Source of the DNA: Psammoneis japonica | Lineage: Eukaryota | NCBI GenBank assembly: GCA_008632985.1 | Contig: QPGO01000059.1 | Span: 372,001 to 430,902 of the forward strand | DNA: 58,902 nt | Direction of reading: 5' to 3' | Shown: one piece after another, positions 48,200 to 58,902 of the stretch | Layout of the letters: each line of letters starts with the position of its first letter | How positions within the stretch are numbered: the first letter of the stretch is position 1 | The notes under the pieces: generated by a model | Told to the model about the DNA's origin: nothing | Seen by the model: only the letters and a program-made list of their open reading frames with translations | Database searches by the model: none | Translations under genes and position numbers: made by a program

Positions 48200-49400
48200 C
48201 AACGAATTCATGTGGTGACTCTGCATCAGCCCCCCACATCAACCTCAATCGAGTGACAAAGAAGCAGTCTCACACTGCACCCCTTGCTGTGATGATGGCT
48301 GCCATGGAGCATGGTTTCAGCTTGGCTTGGCTTCACATTTTTGCCTGCTTGGTGCATTCAGTGGACATTGTCAAATCAAGATGGGGGGCACGGCAAGCCA
48401 CCAAAACAGCACTCTCTTGCAGCTCCACAAGGGGGTGTGGGGAAAGTGCCGACACATGCTGTCATGCCCTTTGGAGTCATGAACAAGCCCACCACATGTG
48501 TCACATGGTGTGCAGCTTGAAGAACAACTGGGAAAATGAAGCCAAAGTCATGGGCACCACACTTGATGACAGCGGCAGCTCCGCCACAAACATTGACGAC
48601 AATTTTGGATTTGTGGAAGAAGGGTGTGACACAGGCCTGCAACATGTCAAGGCAATCCTTTGTGTTGCCCATGCCTCTGCAACCTGTCTTGGAAACTCAA
48701 GAAACATCTGTTCTTCCCAAAGCTGGTCAAACTTGTGGGTCAGAATCTTGCAAAACTTGGAAACCTTCCAGCACACTCCACACTTTGCAGACTGACTCAA
48801 GCACATCCATGAGCTGGTCAAGAATCATGACTTCAGTCACAAGATCAATGATGCCAAATGGGCTGATGCCCTCAACAGCAAGTTTGAAGACATCAAATCT
48901 GCCACATTGTCTGAGCCACTGCTCCATCAAGTTGACGGCAAAAAAAGTGACCACACCTGCATGCCGACTTTTCAGGGTGGGGGGTGGGGCATGCACTGCT
49001 CAAGCCAGGAGACACAAAGCATCATTGGCAGCTGTGGAAAGAGAAGATGCAGGTTGGAAGTGTGAACTCAACATGCCCCCATCTGGCCTGCACCTCTTTC
49101 CATGCACATTTGGCTCACAATGGTGCAAAGGCATCAAGCGATGCCTCCACTCCTGTGTTGGAGAGGGAGCAGCCCTTAGATGGGGCGATTCACAAAAGTC
49201 CTGCACAGCTCATGGCCATTTGCCAACATCAAAGACTGCCATGGGCTGCATTGGATTGCATGCCATAAAGGCTGCAATCCTGCCATTGTCTCATTGCAAA
49301 TGGAGCTGGCATCATGGCAGTTCACTGTCACCCATCAACCCACTGGCATTCTCATCAATGCCAACTGCTTCTCTCAATGCAGCCAAGAAGTTGACTTGGT
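48200..49400 (+). mobile_element. Decayed Ty3/Gypsy pol: reverse transcriptase + RNase H
   Basis: LNRVTK, TKTA, VMPFGVMN, NIDD, KLKK; LFPCTFGSQWCKG..LHSCVGEG, DCHGLHWI...LQMEL...HQP...NANCFSQ (resembles D..L.WI...HRP...DADYFSR). Confidence 0.8.
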
Positions 49401-49836
49401 CCCATGACCCACTGCCAGCTGAGCATGTCTCCACAGCACAAGAGCAACTGGCACCAGATCTTCCAGCAGCCACACAGGTCAAACCCAAGAATGTGCCCCA
49501 CTTTTGTTGTGATGCAAAATCTGCCAAGTCAGAGAATGTTGCCACCACAGTCCCCACAAACCTGTCCAATCCAAGTGAAGTGGAAGAAGCACCACTCGGA
49601 AAACCTGCTGAGCCAATTGCTCTCCACCCATGTTTCAGCACCATGAAATCATCATTTCAACTGGTGAACCACAATTTGGCACTGCATTGTTTCTCATTCA
49701 GCAACTTCTTCTCATCATGCAAAGACCATCAGATTCATTGACAGTTGTCATTGCTGCCAACTGTGACATGTTTAGTCAAAAAATGTTGTGCAAGACATCA
49801 GACAAGACCCTGTCATCTTGTCATCAGCAGCCCATC

Positions 49837-50268
49837 TCCTGAGTGAACCACATCAAGTGCAGCACCACACAGGAGCTTGAAGGGAGCCATGTGACGCCAC
49901 CAGATCCAGCCAGTGCATCTTCTCAGCTGCAATTTGCTCAGACTCAAGCAACCATCATTTGTGAATTGCAGCACTGGTGGTGCCACCTTGGTGCTTTGCA
50001 CTGCAAGCCTCCTCCATGTTCAAGCACACTGTCTTGTCTCAATTTTGCAAATCCTGAATGAACCACATCAAGTGCAGCACCACACAGGAGCTTGAAGGGA
50101 GCCATGTGACGCCACCAGATCCAGCCAGTGCATCTTCTCAGCTGCAATTTGCTCAGACTCAAGCAACCATCATTTGTGAATTGCGCTGGTGGCACCACCT
50201 TGGTGCTTTGCACTGCAAGCCTCCTCCATGTTCAAGCGCACTGTCTTGTCTCAATTTTACAAATCCTG
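49837..50268. repeat. Tandem duplication, 215-bp unit
   Basis: tgaaccacatcaagtgc...aaatcctg present twice, near identical. Confidence 0.95.
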
Positions 50269-51149
50269 CATGACAGAAGGATGGCACATCACAGAGGATC
50301 ACATCAAATGCACAACAACAGGTGATGCTGTTGATCACTCCACCTCATTCATGATTGGACTTTGCACAGGTGTCACAGGGGAGAAAGTTTCTGTTGACAT
50401 CCTTTGACCAACCCCAACAAAACCATCCATTGTGCTGCTTGACACCCTTGCAAACCCTTCAACTCCAAAAGCTTTGGGACATCTGCTCTGCCTGATGCCA
50501 CAAATGCTGAAGCCAATGATGACAAGTTTGCCCTGGAGACTGTCAATCCCATCCAACCACCATCCCTGCTTGAACTGTGATGGTGGGACAGCCAATCAAG
50601 AAGGGTCCCTGACCCTCCAATCTGTGCAGTGTGGAGGTGTGTGGTGTGGGTCATCCAGCTCCAGCCACTGGCTCAGTCAACAACAATGCACATTCAGTCA
50701 CCTGTTTGACACCCTTTGTCATCAAGATGAAGAATCAAAACCCAAATTTGATGCATCTCTGCTTGTGAGTGTGTGTCTTGTTGGGATTTGGAGAGTGCAA
50801 CCTCACATGCAAGTCATGTGCAGACACATGTCACCTCAATTTGTTGGCAAGTGGCACACTGAAAAAGCAGCCGCACAACTGACTGACACACAGCTGTCAT
50901 CGGTCAAGCTCATTGACACATTCACAGGAAAAAGCTCCAGCCACAACTGCTCAAGCACATTTCCCAATGGCTCAACATCAACCCATCTTCCAAGTCATTG
51001 AACTTGGACCCAGGAACACTGTCAAGATCCTGTGACAAAAAGCATGATGGGCATGCACCAATCTCATCTGACCTGTCCTCAACCAACAAAAAGACAACTT
51101 GCAGAAGATGCACTTCTGCTGTGAGCAACCCACACATGCAGGAAATGTC

Positions 51150-52450
51150 ATCATCAACAATGATGCACTCATTCTCCACAAATCAGTTGACTCTGCAGGA
51201 AATTTTGCAAAGCTTTGAATCACACCAGCCTCTCTTCAGAATGTTGTCTTTGTTGCACTCAACACAAAACCCACAGGCAGTCATTTCAGCATGTGCTGCA
51301 CTTTCCATGACCTTGTCAAACTCCAGCACTGTTGACCCAACATGTGTGAGCACATCACAGACTGGATCAGCAAATGCCAAGGATGCACACTGGCCAGTGC
51401 GTGACACCAGAAGAAATGTGAGCTCGTGCACTCCTTTTTGGTTGATGAAGTGCTCAAACTCATCCATGTGGATGTGCAGCACAATGTTGGACATCAACAG
51501 GGGTTTCATCAAGGTGAAAAATGTCACATGGATGTGGTTGATGGCCTGAGCACATTTGCAGCATCCAAGAAAGTCCAAGGCAAAGTCAATGCCAACAGTT
51601 TCAGAAGAGCCATCATGAAAATTCTCCGGAGCCATGGCCTCTGCCATGCTGTCATCATCAACAAAAACTCCAAGTTCTGTGGAGCATTCATTCAGGCTGT
51701 GTCTCCCTGGCAGGACTTGACCTCCATCAAACATCAGGAGGCAACTGTGACCTGGTGTTGACCAAATGTTGTCACATGCTCCTCAACAAATCCCTCCAAA
51801 TGTTCTGCACTGAACAAGACTCAGTCCACACTGGTGCCAAAGGTGTCCACCTTGCAGCACATGCATGGAGAAGTGCTGCCCCAGTTGTTGGCACTGACTC
51901 ACCAAGCTGACTCCCAGAGCTGCTGTTGGTTGCAACCATCAGTTCCCATTCAAACTGTGCCAATTCAAAGCATGTCAATCTTCAGCCAATGTGACAAGCA
52001 GTTGCACAATCTCCTCTCCAAATGTCAAGAAGCACTCAAAATCCTCATCCAAGAGCATCAAGCCATGTGCCATGAGCACATCAGCAGCAATCACCTGGAT
52101 CCACTGGTGCACTCTGTGTTGGACACTTTGTTTTAGTTCAACAAGCCATCAAATCAGATGCCCAACACAGACAAATCAACAAAATTGTGTTTGACCACAC
52201 TGGCCCATGGAAAATCATTGAAAGGATTCCAGGAGCCTTGCATTGCATCCATCGCTGCAGCAGGACCAAAGCAGAGGACAAAAGGCATGCTTCTCACATT
52301 TCCCCATGCCCTCTGGAGCCAGCTCCTTTCCCTCCTTTTGCAGGACCAGACAACTCCTGTGGACACATCAACAGAGCAATCAAAAAGAAGCACCCTTTTC
52401 TGGAAGCTGGCATTGACTCCCACATGCCACTCCAACCCTGAAAACTTGCT
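51150..52450 (+). mobile_element. Decayed Ty3/Gypsy integrase
   Basis: Zinc-finger-like region (GSHF...PNMCEHITDWISKCQGC), IHVD...VVDGLSTFA...HGLCHAVIINKNSKF core, HTGPWKII GPY/F motif. Confidence 0.75.
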
Positions 52451-54951
52451 GATCTGAGCAGTGCACCACCATCCCAGTCCTTGCCATGTCTCTGGCAAAC
52501 ATGGCGTGCATTGGATCTGCTGTGCACTTTCCAACACTTGCTGATTGTGATGACAAAGAATTTGATGGGGTGCACACTGAAGATGAGCTCTTGCCAGCAG
52601 CAATGGATCATTGCAAACCTTCATTGAATCCTGTTTTCATTGAGACACTTGAAGGCATCAAGTCCATGATTGGACTGTTGCCTGCACACTGCACAGCAAA
52701 ACTGCAAACTGTCCCAGTTGGTGCCAAATCCAAATCACAGCTCATGTCTTGCATTGTCTGGAGCAAGCACGCAGAGCATTCTTCATCTGCAAATGACCGA
52801 GATTTCAAATTTTTCACAAAACTTGTCAAAACACAACAACAACGGCAACCACAAATGCAACGTGCTCCATCAATGACCACAAACTCACCATGACAATGAC
52901 ATGTGTTGATGGCTTGCAATCAACTTCACATGCACATGCCTTGCTGTGCTTTGAAATTGATTGAGTGCTGTGAAAACAGCTGAAATGGTGGTGTTCAATG
53001 TTTTGCCCATCACTTTTTGACCACACAAGTCAACAACAAGCCCGCTGTGCTCTCGCGTGTCAATTCTGCCATGCATGAGTTCACAAGATGTGATGTTGAT
53101 TGTTGCAGCTCTGGAAGGCAACACAGTTGAGAAAACAGTGACCACAGAGTGGTCGCCATGGTGGGGTGGTTTCCAGGAATTTCTGGCTGTGGCAAACCAA
53201 TGGCAAATTCACACCAAACTGAGTCATGTGCCCACCATTGCCAGTGGCAGGGCTGGCAGCAACAACAAATCATGACTTGGCAGGAAAAACAACTGAGCTT
53301 CTCAGAGGGCAAAATTTGTGTTGAACTCTTCATGCAACATCCACACAATGTCCAGCTCAATGCTTTGAACCAGACTTTTTGGAAAGAATGTCACAAACTC
53401 AATGGACAATTTGCCCTCCATGACAATTTTCATCTGCTCAAAACACCTCCCAACAAGTGCCAGCAAAAAGCACCTCATCATCTTCTTGCAATGGGCCCAT
53501 GTTGTTGATCATGCAGATGTGTGCCTCCACTGCAGACCCTTCAATTTTGCCATGATCAATGGCCAGCAGATGATGCATGGTGTCAAGCAAGTGTCCTCCA
53601 AAGAATGAGCATCTTGTCAACATTGTCTCAGCAATGCAAGAACAAACCCCCAAGCAAGCAGCCATCCCATCCACAATTCTCACATCACATGAATGCACAG
53701 CAACAAACTGACCATTGGGGCCCCACCACAGAAGCCCACGCATCTGCTGTCCTTGCTCATGAGTGTGTGCACAACTGTTGAATGTTGAGCTGTCACAAGC
53801 CATTGCACTTGAAAGCTGAGCTCTCAAACAATTGGTGAGCTCTGAATGAACTCCCACATCTCTCAAAATCTTGTCTTTCTCAAATTTCATTTCGTCAGTC
53901 AAATTCAGTGCTGATTTGGTGCCAAAACCATGCCCCAGCAAGCCCAAAATGGGTGCCCCAAATTTTTTTTTCTTTTTCAATCAATGCCCTTCAGGTTTTT
54001 GTGACCATGCTTTTCCTCCTGGCCTGTCACATCCTTTTTCAATGTCCCCATGGTGCTCTCTCTGCTCTTCTTTTTAACACTGTTTGGGAGGCATTGTGAA
54101 AATTTTGTGGGGAAAAGGGCAGAAATGAAACAGTGCTGTTTGCAAATGTGCCAATTTGTGGAAAAACGCTCAAATGGCTTGAGGGCAAAGAGTGCAGCTG
54201 AGAGCTGCCTCACCATGCAAACAATGCAACAATGGCCAAAATGCCGCCATTCATTGAAGGCAATGGAGGAGGTGGAGAGGCATCCAGGCCTGTTCCAGCT
54301 CCAGGTGCTCCGCTTTTCATCACGCTAGATTTTCTGTGCAGTTTTCAGCACCAGACATTTTTGTCTCCACCCGGCAGAGCTTGCACTTTTTGGCTTTTTG
54401 TGAACATCAATTGTTTGAATGACGCAACATGTTTGTCATGTCAGTGCTCATCTGCAACAACTGAGGTGCATGTTGTGTCACAGGAAGAATCGTGTCAGTT
54501 GGCATTTAATGTTTTTCTGGTGATGCGCAGAACAATGCTGACTTCTGTGAACACGTGCCATCCACCCAACACACACACCAGCCATGATGCAGCACACCAC
54601 TGTCACCACTCCACAACCCCCTCTTCTGCTCCTTTCATTTCAAAGTTGTGTCATTGTTGTCACAACACGATTGCAGCTCTAAGGAGTGGCTGTTGTTGCA
54701 GACAACACCATCTCTTCATGTTCCCTTGTTTCAAATTCGGCAAGTTGATTCATCGTGTTTTTTTTGCACGTCACCGTGCGCGTGCATTTTTCTGGTTGCT
54801 TCTCACGTCTCGTTTTATGGTTGTTTCGCACCAGGGCCTTCGGAATTTCTACAAAACTCAAGTGTTCCCCCAAACATTCTCCAAGTGACAGTTGCCACTG
54901 GAACAAACTTGTCTTGGTTTGTTTTCACTGTGATGCTTGCTGTTTGCACTT

Positions 54952-55180
54952 TTCAGCATCTGGAGCTGCCTCAGAGGCTGCCTCTGTTCATCCGCATCAC
55001 TTTTGCGGTGACTGATGTTGGCCCCATCTCTGGAGTGCATTTGTCATGCAAGCGGGAGTGCAGCTTGCTGTTTGATGCTTTCCAGCATCTGGAATTGCCT
55101 TGGAGGCTGCCTCTGTTCATCTGTGTCACTTTTGCGGTGGCTGATGTTGGCCCCCTCTCTGGAGTGCATTTGTCGTGCAC
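54952..55180. repeat. Direct repeat, ~100-bp unit, ~129-bp period
   Basis: cagcatctgga...gaggctgcctctgttcatc...ctctggagtgcatttgtc present twice. Confidence 0.9.
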
Positions 55181-56329
55181 AAACAGGAGTGCAAAAGCAA
55201 TGCAATTGCCATGGACATGTTGGCCAAAGCAGCCTCCCAGCAGCATCCCATTGGCGGCAGTTCCCCTCAAGCAAACGATGACTCTTCCAGCACATTGAAG
55301 GTTTCCTTTTGCATCCAGCATTGCATCAAGGCACTCAAGGAACATTGCCCGCCACAGGGCAAAGCCAAAACTTGGTGCACTGTGCCTCTTCAAGATGCAG
55401 TTGATCCCCTTGCGTGCCCTCAAGGTCTTGCAGATTTGAGCGTCTTGACCACGGAAGATTGTGGAGCCAAGAAGATGAGCCCTCTCTTTCATGTTCTTCA
55501 TCACAAGAATGGCTTCAATGGGTTCAACAGTGCCAAAACACGGAACATGTTCCGCAACACTGTTGTTGGCTGGTTTTGTAAAAAAAATTTAATGCTGAGA
55601 ATCGACTGCAACCAAACCAATGCATCAAGGACAAGAGCCAGCACCTCTTGATGTTGGTTGTGGTGCCATCAGGAACGTCAATGAGGGATGCCATGAAGGA
55701 CAAGCAAAACATTGCCGCTGTTTTGATGCACCGTGTCATGACAAACATTGGCCTGCTTGTTGATTGCATCCTCCGTGTGACAGAGTCTCAGGTTGTGGAG
55801 GTTGGGATGGGCAATGAGAGACTGTTGATTGCACCATCGAGTCAAGGTGTTTGTCCTTTTTTGACTGGACTTGCCCAAGCCATTTGCTGTGTTGTTGTCA
55901 AGAGATGGATGCACACCTTCATTGTCAGAAGACATTGAAGTCTCATCACATGGGAGAGATGGGTTTGAGGACATCATGGACACCATGAGCAATCGTTCCA
56001 ACCTGGCGAATGTCCACAAGCACTGGAGTGGGGTCATCTCATGCAGAATGACAGAGGCAACACTGGTTGCCCTGTGTGCAAAGGAGACGGTTGCTCCAAT
56101 GGCTCTGCAATTGTTTTGGCATTGTGCCTCGCTCCAGCCCAGAGTGTCAGAATGTCGCAACAGAGATTTGCAGCAATGAAGACTGTTGGGAGCAACCACT
56201 CAATGAAGGAGGATGCATTGCTGATCATTCGTGCAATGCCAAGCACCAATTCCACAAGGCATCTTTGGTCAACATTCAAAACCTGGAAACGTGCGATGAC
56301 AAAAAGTTGACCAAAGATTTGAGGATCCA

Positions 56330-58700
56330 TTGTGGCTGCCTTTTGACAATGTCATGCACAAAAGTTGGTGGCAAATTAAGTCTCCAAAGGGAATGAAGAA
56401 CCATTTTGAAATGTTGGCTTTGAAGGGGTTGCATGTCAAGCTCCACTGTGAAACAAGACATCCCGTTTTATCTGCAAAACAACACTGGGGTTCAATCTGC
56501 AACCATCGCTCTGTTCAAAACGAAATCGCTCAGAGGAAGCAGGTGGATGAAAAGCTGCGTCGAAAACCATGCATCAGCCATAAGAAGTTGAAGAAGGCCA
56601 ATGTGGACGACAGCAACGATTGTGTTTTTCATGACAAGTGTCACAAAAGGGAGAAGCTTGAACAGTCAGACGATGACATGGAGGAAGATCCCCACATTGC
56701 CAAACTTCCCACCAACGTAAAATGCAAAGTGCTCACAAGTTGCATGATTGGCTGCCGGAAGGTTTTCTCATTTGGGCCATGTGACCCCAATGAGACACTG
56801 CCATCCGAGGCATTGTTTGACATTGTTGCAGGTTGGTGGCACAACCATGTGTTGCAGATTGACACTGGTGGTGAGTGCAAAGGCTGTCAGTGTCCGCCGG
56901 ACAAGCGGTGCAAGCCTCTCAAGCCACAACAATGCTCCGAGTCAGTGGAGGCCATCACCAAAGACAAGCACATCTTTGAAGTTCACTTCCCCACCGGACC
57001 AAGCAGGAAGGACTGCAGCAAAGAGCTGCTTGCTCACCTTGCTGATTGGTGCAAGGCAGCTCCAGGACTTGCATGGCACAAGTTTTGCAGAAGGATTCAT
57101 TGCCATTGTCACATGGATCACGCCAGTGTCTGTGATGCAAGGATGAAAGAGTTCGAGGAGGAAAAGGAAGAGGGAAAGGAGGGCACTGAAGCAATGGATG
57201 ACCTGCAAAAGGCCAAGGCTGGCACTGCAAGGTTGCAACTGCGAGACAAAAACCAGGAGGAGGAAGATGGGGCCATGGATCAATCAACTGAGGAAGAGGA
57301 GGAAGATGATGGTGTGCAAGATGAAATCCAGGAGAAGCAAGATCCAGGTTGGTCCATGGATGAATCGACTGAGGACGAGGAGGAAGATGATGACCAGGAA
57401 GAAGTTTCTGAAGCCAAGGCTGCAGAAGACTTGGCACTTGGAACACAAAGGTGGAGAAGAGGGAGAGAGTGGGAGACGCTGCATGCAGACGTGCAAAACA
57501 GCTCATGAAAGAACAACTGGAGCACAAAAGGATGAGGATCTCATTGGCCTTTGCAGCTCCAGGCCAAAACCAAGGGCAAAAGGAGCCACTTCATGGCATT
57601 GGTTGAGCAAAGAGCAGCAACACCAAGAAGAAAGGGATCAAGTTGAGTGTGAGCACAAAGACACTCAAGTGATGTTGTGGGCTAAAAAACTCATTTGGAT
57701 TGATCCAAGTTCATGGAACAGCAGGCATCAGCATCCTTGCAATTCCGAAGGAGCTGTTCCTCACTTGTTTGGTTTTTTGCTTTGAAGGAAAAAACGAGGG
57801 CGTCATGTTGTGGGAAAATTGGTTTGATGTGCGATGCAATGAAATGAATGGCCATCCCATGAACATGTGTGCGGCCTCATCACACATGCAAACACAAACC
57901 AAACGTTCCCTGCCAACTCAATCAAAAATGCAGAAACAAGATTTAGGACAAGGTGGAGTCAATTTGCAACCCACCACAGATTGCCAAACTGAAGAGATTG
58001 GCTGAAGCAGAGACTCAAAACCTTCCACCTGTTGGGCAGGGAGCTGATTTCATTGGCCACAGCTTGGAGGGGAACCGTCCTGTGCATGTAACCCTGGATT
58101 GGGCTGAGTGCAATTTCAAGTTTCGGTTTGTAGATGTGTGGAAAGATTTGAAAGAATTGAAGCCATCGGATGGTTGTCACTCCTTGCCGGAAGGAAACGT
58201 GTTGATGCCATTGAACAGTGACTTGCCAATGAGCGCCCACCTGTGAAATTCCTGCAAGGACAAAATGACACTTGCATTTTTTCCTCCCTGGCCAGTGTTC
58301 TTGATTGTGCTGGCAACGTGGAAATGAGAGACTGCATTGCTTCTCACATTCAAACATCTGCCAACTGTGCCGACACTGACAACAAGTGCACGTTGTTTGC
58401 AAAGCACATGTTGAATGGTTGTTTGAAGGGAAAATTCCTGCCTGCAAACTCAAACATCAAGTTTTGTGGCAGTGTGGATTGAACGATTTCCTTGGAAGCG
58501 GGTGGTGAATTTGATGTGACAACCTGGCAATGATGACTTCATGACTTTGTGCCATCTTGTGAACAACCACTGCATTGCCTTGCACCGTGGTTGGATCTTT
58601 GATTCCAACACCCTTTTGCATTGCCAGCAAAGGACATTGGATGCTTGAACTGTTGTCTTGGGAACAAGGAACATGAGGTGGAGTGCGTGGCAAAAAAGCA
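56330..58700 (+). pseudogene. Decayed large ORF with acidic tract and C-terminal Cys-His-Asp (papain-like?) module
   Basis: E/D-rich region at 57150-57420; FLQGQNDTCIFSSLASVL ... NNHCIALHRGWIFDSN across frames. Confidence 0.4.
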
Positions 58701-58902
58701 TCTGCAACAAGTGTTCATGGTGTGCCAGTTTGAGCTTCCTGGGGTGGTGCAGCAGCAGTTGTGTGGAAAAAGGAAAGCTTTTGTGTTGGATGGTTAATCT
58801 GGTTGCACAATGTAAAGTGACAATCACAGTGTTTGTTTGCTTTCCCATTGCCATTTTGTTGATCAGACTCGTCACTGTCACTGTCCCCTGCTGCACTCTT
58901 GC

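Larger units (their letters stand above)
47800..58902. other. TpA/CpG-depleted hypermutated domain 6 (TE graveyard; runs off the window)
   Basis: 11 kb with very few TA (mostly TTA/TAA) and few CG; dense spurious Tyr-poor ORFs in all frames. Confidence 0.9.

Noticed and set aside
48200..52450. Classical fungal RIP
   Set aside because: RIP converts CpA to TpA and enriches TA; here TA is depleted and CA/TG enriched.
47600..52900. LTRs, PBS or gag of the Gypsy element
   Set aside because: No paired terminal repeats or gag motifs were discernible; the element is truncated and interrupted.
47598..58896. Dense overlapping Cys/His-rich ORFs in all six frames (also in the other domains)
   Set aside because: By-product of TA erasure: TAA/TAG stops and Tyr codons are lost, so spurious ORFs lengthen. 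They are not metal-binding proteins.

Overview
Gene-dense eukaryotic DNA, most likely from a diatom: introns are short GT-AG (mostly ~80-100 nt) and several proteins have signal peptide + ASAF/AFAP-type plastid presequences. About 17 apparently intact genes are supported, including an mTERF protein, a class-3 lipase, a UBE2Z-like E2, a spondin-domain protein, a ceramidase-like protein, a beta-propeller/LamG protein, an ABC1 kinase, a bacterial-type sulfatase, a BAR-like protein, RPL8 and a TPR-SAP protein. They alternate with six sharply bounded domains (~12075-14560, ~17715-19930, ~30570-32540, ~36600-37965, ~39990-42050, ~47800-58902; roughly a third of the window) that have lost almost all TpA and most CpG, both converging on TpG/CpA. 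These domains hold decayed Gypsy and non-LTR retroelements and host-gene pseudogenes. Their conserved Tyr residues read as Cys/His, and internal duplicates differ mostly at TA/CG sites. CpG loss fits known 5mC deamination. The strand-symmetric TpA->TpG/CpA (A->G) erasure runs opposite to fungal RIP and is the main candidate for an undescribed genome-defence hypermutation system. Other notable items are an mTERF + NUMOD1-like HTH + degenerate RNase H fusion, CTAG-rich intergenic islands at domain edges, and a TG...CA MITE with a 4-bp target duplication interrupting a small gene. All dinucleotide counts and family assignments were made by eye, without searches.
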